Source: Octopus bimaculoides
Taxonomy: Eukaryota
Reading direction: 5' to 3'
Assembly: GCF_001194135.2 (NCBI RefSeq)
Contig: NC_068985.1
Span: 121,548,680-121,612,679 of the forward strand
Length of the DNA stretch: 64,000 nucleotides
Position numbers and translations under genes: made by a program. Below, piece after piece: positions 52,501-64,000 of the stretch (position 1 is the first letter of the stretch; every line of letters starts with the position of its first letter). The notes below the pieces were generated by a model. The model was not told the origin of the DNA, ran no database searches, and saw only the letters and a program-made list of their open reading frames with translations.

Positions 52501-52817
52501 TATACATACATATAACAGGCTTTTTTCAGTTTCCATCTATTAAATCCACTCACAAGGCTTTGATTGGCCTGTGGCTATAGTAGAAGACAATTGCCCAACA
52601 TATCATGCAATGGGACTGGCCCTGAAACCACATGGTTGGGAAGCAAACTTTTTAACCACAGAATTATACTGTTCCTGCATAAATGTACATAGATGCACAC
52701 AACTGTAAAGAGACATTATATGTGTGTGCATGCATATGCATATACATATATAGATACAATAAATCAATGAACATGTGCCTGTATGTGTGTGTGTGTGTGT
52801 GTATATATATGTGTGTG

Positions 52818-52879
<62 letters not shown>

Positions 52880-53329
52880 TTACTCAGATAGCTATATGTA
52901 TGAATATATATACAAACAAAATATAAAAACATACATATATGAATATAAGCGTGTATACATACAGACATACATGCAAACAGATATGTCATACATATATATA
53001 GACACACACTCACTAACACAAGAATTAATTTAAACAGGCCATATCCAGCCCATATTTTCTATCTGTTTTATATTCAAACTGGCCAGACCTAGCCTCCACC
53101 TACCATTCTATAAATAAACAATCACATCATCTCAAAGCAATGAAATAATATATGATTAATTCAAAATAATGTGAACAAATAAATATTACATTTGACGGAA
53201 TAACTTGAAAAGTTCAGCAGATTCAGAATCACACAGGCAGTAATTTTAAGCATAAACACAGATGTGTGGACATAATATTATTTCACTTCTGCTTCAATAT
53301 AAAGTCTTCCTACAATTTTTTTCAATAGA

Positions 53330-53660
53330 TATGGCTGTGTGTTAAGAAGTTTGCTTTCCAGCCACATGGTTCTAGGTTTAGTCCCACTGTGTCGCACCTT
53401 GGGCAAGTGGTCTTGGTGGTGGATTTAGTAGATGGAAACTCAAAGAAGGCCATTGTATATGTGTGTGTTTCTGTTTGTTCCCCACTACAACTTGACAACT
53501 AGAGACGGTTTGTTTACATCTGCATAACTTAGTGATTCAGCAAAAGAGACCAATAGGAAAAGTACCAAACTTAAAAAAAAAAAAAAAGTATAGGGTTCGA
53601 CTTCTTTGACTAAATCCTTCAAAGCAGTGGTCCAGCATGGCCATAGTCCAACGACAGAAA
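53330..53660 (+). mobile_element. CORE-type SINE
   Basis: Family match. Confidence 0.7.
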
Positions 53661-55645
53661 CAAATACAAGACAGTCATTTAGTATTATTAATTCCCTATA
53701 ACTTATCTAACATATTTCTTACCTTATCAAATCTAATTACTGTTTGACATTTTTACTGGGTTTTTTTCCTCATTAAATTTTAGCAGAATTTTAATCACTT
53801 TTGCTACCCTAATTTAAAACATTTGGTCAAAAAACTTTTTAGCAACATATTTCTAGAGTTGCATTCTTTGATTTGATTTATTTCATTATGTATTCAATCA
53901 GGTTGAAGTCTCTCTTTTGCTTTAGCTCATGCATTCCATGATAAACATTAAACAGTGAATCTACTTCTTAATGTGAACTAAAACAGCCATAATTTTAAAT
54001 TAAGCTACTCCTTTCAACCAAAGGTATCACCACCCCTTCAACCTTGCACTTGATTTCTTCTAAACTATTTCTTCAACCCAGACAGAGATTTTTCTTCTCA
54101 GTTTTGAAGGAATCAGAATGATCAAAATAGATTTGTAAACCTGTAAAAATGATCAAAACAAATTCTTATACCTATGAACTGATGTAGTCATATATACATA
54201 CACACACACGTGTGTGTGTTATCACTAGAAAGCACCAAAATAGAGAACAGGGAGGGAAAAATAGAGATTTTAAATCAGTTCCAATAAATTAAATTAATAC
54301 TTTGAGAGAGCGTGCAAATTGTGAGATTTTTGAAGTGAGGGTGTATGAATGTTCATTTTACGTTAAAGCTTCTTTTATGATTTGAGCCTTTGATAACAAT
54401 TGGTATGCCTGCTTGACAATAATAGTGATGCTGCCCAATTTTACTAATCTATCTCCTAAGTGTGACCAGACTGAAGTTTTGGGGCTTGAACCAGCCATTT
54501 GTAAACCAATTTTTATCTCATCCTCTCTTTTATTTCATAATTTGTTTTTCATTTACAATTGACTAATCATGATACAATAATCAAATGCATTTTTAATTTG
54601 TAGTTAGTTTAATGCTAGTTTTTTTTTAAGAAAGAAAGAAAAATAAAACAAATAAATAAAGGAGAGACTTTGTCTATTTCCTGTATTTGAATATGAAATA
54701 TTGTTTTTGTTGCTGTTTTATTTTTACCCACCTATTCAGCGTTATCACCAGATAATGATGCTGGTGTCCAGCAATGCCAATTTAAAAGCCCATTTCACCA
54801 TGTCATATCCATGGATTATACATATCAAAATTTAGAGCTAACCCTATGAACATCCAGAGCAGTTATCAGCAACATAAATCTCTTCAAGATGAAATCTCGT
54901 TTCCATTATATATGAACACACGCACATACATATGTGTATATGTATATTTCTGCATGTGAGTATGCATGCATGTATGTGTGTGTATATATATATGTGTGTG
55001 TGCATGTATATGTATATATATATACTAAAACACCTCCTTTGAACCACTGATAATAGATTATGCATTTAGAATAATGTTTTATACAGGGGGGTTATGGATT
55101 GAAAGGGTAAATTCAGCTTGATTTTTTCTGTAAAATTACAGATAGAAAAACAAAACACTTATCACAAACACAGCTAGTTATCCAGTAATTCATAATATAA
55201 GGATATCACTTGAAACTCTCAGTAGAAAACCAAGAAAAAAAAAAAAGAAGAGAGAAACAAACAGAGAAAATATCAAGATATTATGGACTAGCACCCTTAC
55301 AACCATGGCAGAATTATTTCACGTGTCCAACACCTTCAACCAAATGATTAACTTCTCACTGTTTGTTGGAGGACCAGGTTTTCAAACATAATTACTCTGA
55401 GTGAAAACTCATTTTGGCAGAGAATTTTTGTGTAAAAGACTGAAACTGTGATATGCAGTTACCTACAGGTTAACAGATTCTTTAAAAAAAATTGTTTTCA
55501 AGATAAAAATTAAATGCAAGGAAAAAAAAAATGTCTCTGAAATAGAAATATATATGTATATATATATATATATTTTATATATATGTTTATATTAGCATCT
55601 CTTCTATAGCCAATTGGAAAGACTAGTAAGTATCAAGTTTACTTG

Positions 55646-57612
55646 TTACAAAAGTATACTGTACATTGGCTTACTTTCAGTGTTCACTTGTGGGATACCA
55701 TTTACAACAGCTGCAGCTGGTGCTGCTACAGCCGCTGCCCCCACATCCCTGCCTTGATCAGAAACTTCAATAACCTCTCCATTGTCACAGTTCACAGCAG
55801 CCACTACAACAGCTGGTTCAATGTGATTGTTTTCATTTGGGATTTCTAAATTGGGGACAGGTTCAAGACCAGTGTCCTGCTCCTGCTTGTTAAGGACTTT
55901 TGATTCAGCCCCTGCAATTTCAATAATGTCTACAGTAGCAGGGATCAAAAGGGGCTCCAGTGCAACTGGGACCTCTTCAACAGAGTTTGTTCGAGTGTTA
56001 TGTCTTGAAGGTGACAACAATGGAGGGGGGAGTGTAGGTGAAGGAGTATGTCTAAGTGGAACGTCTTTGCTCCTGATAATATCAGTGTTCACATATTTTG
56101 ATGCAGAAGAACTAAACAATTTGGGTGAATTTGTATTCTCTTGTAACTGGATGGTGTTTTTGGCCACAATAGCTGTTGTTGTTTGTAATGAGCCCAAGGA
56201 AGTTCTACTGCTTGGTAACATTCCTTGAGCAACAGTTGATAATGAGGAGGTTCCTGATGCAAGGCTACTTGAACTACAAGATTTATTCACAGTCAATGGA
56301 GAAATTCTTGCCATTGGCACAACCACAGTGTTGGCCTCAGAGATGTTCATGTAGGCTTGTTCACTTGACACCAGTTTTCTAGTAACATCAGCAGCAAGAG
56401 TAAAGTTTGGTCTTTCTGCTAACTCTCTGCCAGCACAAGACATTGAACTTCCAGATGACATCAAAGAAGAAGGTGTTGAACAAGATGACGAGATTTCATT
56501 GCTGTATAATGGTTCACTATCATCATGGTCATCGCTGTCATTATGCTCCACACTTTTCCCTGTGCCATTTGACCAGCTGGTAGTTGTTGATACATGGGGT
56601 GTAGAAACAGTTGGTACAACACTTGTACCATTAGTGGTTTGTGAAGAACGTTTCTTTTGTGGAGACTTCTCAAATAGTCTTGGGACATAACGTACTTCAG
56701 CAGCAGCACTGGAGGATACAATAAAAGCGGAACCTTCACGATCATGATCAGAATTGGTTCGAATTTTTAGAATCTCTTCAGGCGCTACATGAATCTCATC
56801 TCTTGGGTTAACACTTTTATTTGTACTCACTCCAATCGAATGAACTCCGGTAGATGTTCCTGATTTACGATTGAGTGATGGTGAGGCTTTTTTCATGTCA
56901 TGCATACGCATTAGGTTGCTAGACTGAGATGGTGGACACTGAAAAATGGAAGCAGGGGAAAACTCAGCAACAATTTTCTGCTGCGAATGTTCGTGTGTGT
57001 CCCAATCTCGTACAGAAGATGGCATTTTTTGTTGCAAAGCAGCACGTTTCTTGCTATCTGACCAACGGAAGTGGTGCAGTCTATCAGCTTGAGTTGAATT
57101 GGATTTGCGCTGTGATCTGTCTGAGCTGTAACGGATCACTCCGGATTTCCCACATTCAAGTCTAGCTTTTGGACGACACACCAACAGAGGGTCTTTAGAT
57201 TTGTCTTCTTTTGACCTGGAAGACCTTCCTTCTGATTTATGAACAAGACACTCAGTGTGTTTACTCCGCGAATGACCATCCCTCAGGTGTTTCTCGGAAT
57301 TCTCCATCATAGAGAGCTTTTCTGCAGCTTTCATGCTTGCAGCTAGAGGATCAAACTCTTTAGCTGGAAGGATTATTTCTCTTTTGTTCCGGTTATAATG
57401 CTTAGAGCGATTGCCAGAAGACAGCGTCTCTTTTGATAATGGCACCAACTTGACTCCACTGCAATCTGAATGGGAGCTTACTTGGTTCTGAGAGGAAGTG
57501 CCAAGCATGTCTTGGCATTCACTTACTAAATTTTTGTCTGTAACCCTGTGTGAAACTTTTGTAGGCTCACATTTAGCAGACAGTGAAGTTGAAATAGTTT
57601 GTTTTTGTGAAC

Positions 57613-57646
<34 letters not shown>

Positions 57647-59413
57647 ATCTGTATGGTGAGATGAATGAGATTTGGTAGGGCGTGTAGGTGAATGCAGTCG
57701 GGGAGGGAGAAATGGCAAATTGGGTGACACAGTAGTCGATGTTTCAGGAGTGGATTGATTCTTATTTTTATCACCACTGCAATTTTCATAAGAGTCTTTA
57801 ACGATTATATACTCTCTGTCTCCAGCCCGGAGAGCTTCATTTGAGTTTTGCAGTTGGCTTTTTGGTCGGGAACTACTAGTCGCTTCAGGAGATTTCAGTT
57901 GGTATTGAGCCCTGTTTATAACAACTCCAGAAAAATCATGGAAAGTAACTCCCTGTGGATTTGTCTTGTTAGAAGAAACTAGAGAAGATTTTGAATGCTG
58001 ATTACCATCCTGAGTAGTTGCTTCCGAAGCAACAGCATACATTGACTGACTATTTGTGTTCCTCAAATTTAAAGATTTGGAAATATGACAATCAGATGCC
58101 GGTCTGGCTGGGATTGATCTAGAATTCTCTCCACATACATTTTGCTTGTAATGTTTTGAAAGTTGAACATCACTCTTATTATTTCCAGATGAGCTGGAAA
58201 GTGGAGGGAGGCTGATACTTGATACAGTAGCTAGTCTGATGGGTGATGAAGTAACAGTTTTTACAGTTGCTGTAGTAGTGTGTGACGTTCCAACCCCACT
58301 AGAAATCGGATGTGGATCAGCATTTACTACTGGACAATTGACATACCGCTCTTGTTGAATATCACCATCATTGACTACTACTTCCTCATCACTAGTATCA
58401 GTGAGTTCTTGTATAACTTCTTCATACGGAGGAAGTTCATCCTCACCAAATACATTAGGAGTCAAATCATCATACTGTGGAGGGAAGTCAGTGGATGCAG
58501 CAGGCATCAGCTCTACAGCAGCTATGTAAGAATTCTGAGAGTGGTCACTATATGTTGAAGATGGTGTACCATTATCGGTTATCCTCCGTGGTAAATCAAT
58601 GTGCTCACTACGCCGGGTATTATCTTGGCATGGCTGATCATGTCTTAAGTGATCTGATGATAAAAATCTATTTGTCTCATTTGAGTGACGGTTGTTTGAG
58701 GGGGCATGGTTGTTATTTCCAGTTTGAGTATGGCGTGGTGAGTGAAAGCGTGCATTATGGGAACTTGTTGATGCCAACGGTTCACTTTCTCTAAGTGGTG
58801 TGTGAATTGATGCTGTCTCCCTGGGTGTATTCGACCTACTGAAAGTTCGTTCTCGAAGAGGAGTACGGGAAGTAGATGCATTATTTATACGGCTTTCGCT
58901 AGATGTACACATCAGATTGTCATTTTCTCGTGAACTCTGGTTTGATGAGCAATTATTGGTTTTTTGAAAAAACAAATACTTGATACAGACCCCAACAGAG
59001 GTCAGTGAACTAATAAAACCAAAAATTGCTAAACACAGGGAGAAAATATGGATTATGCTAGTTGATTCTTTGGGATATTTCTTATACACGAAGCTATGTT
59101 TGTAAAAATTGCTGTTAAAATCTAATCCTCCAGCAGATAACACAAGCATGACTGCAGACAAACAAGTCGAGATGACTGATGTGATCAGATATGTTTTGAT
59201 GGCACAAGGTCTTCGCAATTGCCCAGCTACTACACCACTTAGTCCTGACAAAAACATTGAAATGCCACACCATAAACCAGTGCCAAGATAATGGCCCCAG
59301 ATTTTCTCACTGAAAGCTATTACTGCTATGATTATACTAGCAATGCCAAATATAGAAAGAATGACACCAAGCACAAATGCAGCTTTTTGCGGAAAGTCAA
59401 TCCTTAATCTCAT
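55646..59413 (-). CDS. Intronless 1255-aa CD20/MS4A-like four-transmembrane protein with very long disordered cytoplasmic tail (ENTREP/FAM189-like architecture)
   Basis: 3768-nt uninterrupted ORF in otherwise ORF-poor DNA; first ATG at 59413 (the ORF track starts at an upstream TTG). Four hydrophobic helices in aa ~10-150, including the CD20-type TM2 pattern GTGLWCGISMFLSGLSGVV. Tail is S/T/H-rich with PPQY and LPPY motifs. The family call is from pattern recognition, not a database search. Confidence 0.9.
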
Positions 59414-60082
59414 TTTTTTCAATACTTTTGTGTTGTTGTTGTGAAAGAAATATGGAAAAATGTAATGAATAAACCTCTTTGAATATTGCTTTTCAAAGCA
59501 TTAGAAAAAAATTCAATCAGTTATACTGAAGTGGTTCTACATTTCCATTGTTTAGATTCTTATTTGTTTTCTTTTAGTTTCTTCTAGTTTAAACACATAT
59601 TACACAAAGAATTCTTCTCTCCTTAAAATGATCCATTTGTCCATTAATGTGTCAGTAAAATTCTAAGATATATTTAAAAATCTTTTCATACCAGATACTA
59701 CCTACAATTTGCAGTAGTATATTTGAATCAAACAAGCAAACATAATAAACAGAATAGAAAAAAAATTAATAAAAATGAGCCCCTGGAGGCATAAAATGCT
59801 AAGGTAAAAATTAAGAAATACCAATGTTTTAAAAATACCAATCAACTGCTGTAGCCATTTTTTCTTGTATATGTAATTTGGTAGTTAGTATATCTTTTGA
59901 ATTTGTTCTTAGACATCAGCATGGCTTAAAGCGATTGCTTAATTAGCAATTGCAATAACAAAGTATGTAATTAAAACAAATATGACCGATGTGGTGACCT
60001 CTGGATCCACCTGGCAGCAGTTTGTTGACAAATACAAGAGATCTAACATTGCTAATTTATATACATACATAAACACATTATT

Positions 60083-60127
<45 letters not shown>

Positions 60128-60659
60128 AAGATGCCAATGTTTATTTTTGAATTTTTTCTACCTTTTTACTGTTATTTTTCCTTAATTATTTTTGATTGAT
60201 TGCTGATGTATGAATTACAATAAATGTATATAAATCAAAGAGGTTCAAAAGATAATTTAGTGACAGAATACTTTCGAAATGTCATTGGTTATGTTACAAA
60301 ACTATTTAGATAATTGATAATAGAGATAATGCGGAGTAATGTGTGAAAACGATATTCAATATACAAAATGCCGTTTCAACATAAAACGACATTCAACTTA
60401 TTACAGCAGAATAGGGGAGAATCACTTTATTCCATACTGTAATAAAGGCTACTGTCTGGTTAATAATATCTATTTCTATTGATGCTTATTGCTCTTTAGT
60501 TTTCTTTTTTTTCTTCTTCTTCTTTACTTGTCTTTAAATTATGCTGATATCAACAATATTCCAGACATAAGAGCGAATTCTAAATTTGCTAAAACATGGT
60601 ATACTAAGTTTCAGTTTTAAAACTATTTTGCAAAATGAAATTGTAAACATTGGCATAAT

Positions 60660-61760
60660 TTTTCAGAACCGCGGTGAAACATCATTATTGAAGTCATCAT
60701 CGGTTCGGCAAAACGGAGGGGGAGCAATGTGAAAAATTTAAGGTTGAAATAAACGAAGAACGTCGTAGATATTATTTTCAAAAGTGATCCCCTGGTTTCC
60801 AGTCAGAAAGCACGTAGTAAAATAGAGGTAAGCATCCAATGATAATAATAGTGCCAAAACTTGACGTAACCAGTAACCGCGGTAAGTCACACATATTTTG
60901 GTATGTCCGGGAGGAGTGATGGAATTTCAGAGTTCCGTTGTCTGCTGGTCAGCTTCCTAAGGAAGTGTGGAAGCAGTGCTGACAGTATAGGTGGAGAAAG
61001 GCAGTACTAAGAACAACTGCAACACAATATACGGAGAAGGATATAGAAAAAAAGAGAAGAGAATGTGTTTGTGTGTGTGAAGAAAAGAAATAGAGAAAAG
61101 TGGATGGATATTTTTACCCTTCTTCGAATGTGAGGAAATTCACGGGTACTACCTCCTTGTATTTGATGCTTGCAACACACCCTCCCCAATCAGCGACATA
61201 GGGAATTTCCAGTAAGTAAGCGTGCAGAGTGTGTGCTGAGCCATTGTCATACGCAATTAGAAGCTTTGTAATCGTGATTAACTACAGCGGCGACGATTCG
61301 CTTGAGTGAGAGTGTTCCGAAGTGGCTATAAAGAGAGCAACAGGAGTTCAATTGGGCGACTACGACGGCCCGCAGCACAATCAGGCGCCATCTTGGTTGT
61401 CTCCAGCAGTACTGTCTGACCTGACCTCGCAACAGACGGAGTGGGAGGTAAAAAAAGGAAGTTTGGGAAATAGAATTGGTGGGAGGCACTGCAAGCAAGC
61501 AGGCAGAGGCAACGGCAAGGAAAAGAGAGAGAGAGAGAGAGAGACGATCAGCAAGCACTGTTATGTTATTTTCTCTGAATTTTTGGATTTTTTTTCACCT
61601 TTTTACATTTTTTTCCCTTCCCTCAGCCAACGAACTGACTGCAGGGGTGGGTAGTAAAGAATGTCAGATACAATGGCAGAGGAAGAAGAATTAATATTCA
61701 CATGTTCAACTGACTACTACAGACAATAAAGCGAGAAAGCGTATAAAGAGAGAAAGATAA
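60660..61760 (-). promoter_or_regulatory. CpG-rich candidate promoter/first-exon region for the minus-strand gene
   Basis: Local CpG/GC enrichment against CpG-depleted surroundings, located 1.2-2.3 kb upstream of the ATG. YY1-type motif CAAGATGGCG on the minus strand (61386-61395); CRE-like TTGACGTAA at ~60861-60869. Confidence 0.45.
61326..61391 (-). other. Candidate 21-aa upstream ORF (MAPDCAAGRRSRPIELLLLSL)
   Basis: ATG in strong context (AAGATGG), with a TAG stop 21 codons later; only meaningful if this region is in the 5' UTR. Confidence 0.3.
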
Positions 61761-62730
61761 CTACAGTAGACAAATTGCTATGTACGTTTTCGCTAAAATG
61801 TGGAACTTCAGTGTTTTGCCTCTAAGACAGTGCTGGTGGGAGGGGGGTAGGAATAACGGAACGAAATAACCAACAGTTAATTATTTCACAGGAATGGAAT
61901 TTGGGTAGGTAATATTAAAAAAAGACAACATTGATTAAAAGACGAAACGAAGATTTCAAGAAGCTACACTCCCTTTAATATATCTCTTATTTTATATGTG
62001 TGTGTGTTTACACGCATATACAGGCATGGTTACGAAGTTCGCTTTTCAACCACGTGGGCTGTCTCACTGTGTGGTACTTAGACATGTGTCTTGCTCTACA
62101 GTAACCTTGCGTCGACCAACGACCAATGAATATGGTAGACCGAAGCAATACGGAAGCCCATCGTGTATGTGTGAAGTCTTGTGGCCTAGTGGTTAGGGTG
62201 TTGGTCTCACGATCATAAGGTTGTGGGTCAAATATTTAATCCTGTCAGAGCGTTCTTTCTTGGTCAAAGCACTTTATTTCACTTTGATTTAGTTATAATG
62301 AGTACCAGTGCTTGTTTGTGCAGCCTCTCTCTTTCCAGCTGTCATATCCTGAATATTCCTCTGAGTCAAGGACGATAGAGTTGAGAGAATGTTTGTGTCT
62401 GCTCGTGATTTAAGCAACCGAGACCAATTTGCAAAATCGTAGCACATATCACTAAGCTATGCTTACTCACAAGAGATGGCTGGTTAAACGTGTATATATG
62501 TATTTCTGTGTATGTGTGTGAATGCTGAAATTCTGCACTTTGCATGAAAAAAATGCTGAGCTACAAGAGGTGATGTTGTTTGACATTCCCTGTCAACTAA
62601 TGATCTGTCAGCTCTGCACTTTTGAAGATGAGTGGAATGAAAAATCTCACACTTAGAAAGAAGTAAGGACTAATGGGTGACAGGAAGGGCATCCACCTGT
62701 AAAACAATGCCTCGGTATTATGCATTTATG

Positions 62731-62952
62731 TAAGGTGGCAAGCTGACAGAATTGTTAACATACCAGGCAAAATGCTTAGTGGCATTCCATTTGCCTTTAT
62801 ATTCTGAGTTCAAATTCCACCAAGGTCAACTTTGCCTTTCATCTTTTTGGGGTCAATAAAATAAGTACCAGTTGAACACTGGAGGTCAATGTAATCAACT
62901 TAACCCCTCTCCCAGATTTTCTGGCCTTGTGCCAAAATTTGAAAGCAATATT
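62731..62952 (+). mobile_element. Full-length Nin/Deu-like tRNA SINE
   Basis: AAGGTGGCAAGCTGACAGAATTGTTA head, GAGTTCAAATTCC B box, CTTTGCCTTTCATCTTTTTGGGGTCAATAAAATAAGTACCAGT core. Confidence 0.75.
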
Positions 62953-62996
62953 ATGTATTCATGTAAGGTGGCAAGTTGGTAGAATTGTTAGTATGC

Positions 62997-63200
62997 TCTT
63001 TTACTTGTTTCAGTCATTTGACTGCGGCCATGCTGGAGCACTGCCTTTAGTCAAGCAGATCGACCCCAGGACTTATTCTTTGGAAACCTAGTACTTATTC
63101 TATCGGTCTCTTTTGCCGAACCACTAAGTTACGGGGACGTAAACACACCAGCATCGGTTGTCAAGTGATGCTGGGGGGACAAACACAGACACACAAACAT

Positions 63201-63233
<33 letters not shown>

Positions 63234-63401
63234 CATATATACGACGGGCTTCTTTCAGTTTCTATCTACCAAATCCACTCACAAGGCTTTGGTCGGCCCG
63301 AGGCTATAGTAGAAGACACTTGCCCAAGGTGCCACACAGTGGGACTGAACCCGGAACCATGTGGTTGGTAAGCAAGCTATTTACCACACAGCCACTCCTG
63401 C
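62997..63401 (-). mobile_element. Young full-length CORE-type SINE inserted into a Nin/Deu-like SINE
   Basis: CpG-rich copy; the flanks GTTAGTATGC and TGGACAAAATGCTTAG rejoin into the Nin-family head. Confidence 0.8.
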
Positions 63402-63529
63402 TGGACAAAATGCTTAGTGGCATTCTGTTCGATTCTACATTCTAAGCTCAAATTCCACCAAGGTCAACTTTGCCTTTTATCTTTTTGGGGTCAATAAAAT
63501 AAGTATCAGTTGCTAACGTGGCTGAAGAT

Positions 63530-64000
63530 AGCACCACCTGACTGGCACCCATGTCAGTGGAACGGTAAAAGCACCATCCGAGCGTGTTCATTGCCAGGGC
63601 CACAGACTAGCTCCCTTGCCGGTGGCACATAAAAAGCACCATTCGAGCGTGATCGTTGATCGTTACCAGTGTCACCTCACTGGCATTTGTGCTGGTGGCA
63701 CATGAAAAGCAACGTTTGAGTGAGGTTATTGCCAGTGCTGCTGGACTGGCTCTTGTGCAGGTGGCACATAAAAAGCACCATTTCAGTGTGGCTGTTACCA
63801 GTACTGCCTGACTGGCCCTCATGCCAGTGGCACGTAAAAGCACCCACTACACTCTTGGAGTGGTTGGCATTAGGAAGGGCATCCAGCTGTAGAAACTCTG
63901 CCAGATCAGATTGGAGCCTGATGCAGCCATCTGGCTCGCCAGTTGTCAGTCAAACCGTCCAACCCATGCCAGCATGGAAAGCGGACGTTAAACAGTGATG
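63530..64000 (+). mobile_element. RTE-type 3' region with five tandem GGTGGCACRTAAAAAGCACC modules
   Basis: Five motif copies about 65-73 nt apart, followed by the standard RTE tail. Confidence 0.75.

Noticed and set aside
55827-59291. Short plus-strand and alternative-frame ORFs overlapping the main CDS
   Set aside because: Expected by-products of a long, less AT-rich CDS; no independent signal.
59414-59422. TTG start used by the ORF track (MKK extension)
   Set aside because: An in-frame ATG with A at -3 lies three codons downstream; eukaryotic context.
62175-62290. tRNA gene (TGGCCTAGTGGTTAGGG...)
   Set aside because: The T-arm is broken and it continues into CORE-like sequence; a SINE head.
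63550-63860. CRISPR-like repeat-spacer appearance
   Set aside because: The spacers are homologous to one another, the repeat is only ~19 nt, it sits inside a retroelement tail, the context is eukaryotic, and there are no cas genes.

Overview
AT-rich, microsatellite-dense animal genomic scaffold with 8 N-gaps. The SINE, RTE and MITE families look like those of an octopus or other coleoid cephalopod (inference). There is one solid gene: an intronless 1255-aa minus-strand CDS (55646-59413) with an N-terminal CD20/MS4A-like four-TM domain and a ~1100-aa disordered tail carrying PY, YxN and proline-rich motifs (ENTREP/FAM189-like architecture), plus a CpG-rich candidate promoter upstream. The rest is a transposon graveyard: CORE-type and Nin/Deu-type tRNA SINEs, RTE and R4/Dong LINE remnants, a Penelope RT remnant, Helitrons, maT/mariner/Tc2-like transposons, and hAT and piggyBac MITEs. 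The best discovery candidate is a ~350-bp non-autonomous element present twice (13615-13982, 18151-18479). It joins a Pol III tRNA-type head to a minimal Penelope-type hammerhead ribozyme and shows Penelope-style inverted ends with a 30-35-nt tail. Also notable are a diverged U1-snRNA-like stretch whose antisense strand forms an exon-like unit, two hairpin minisatellites, and a possible chain of small minus-strand exons. All analysis was by eye; most repeat boundaries are approximate.
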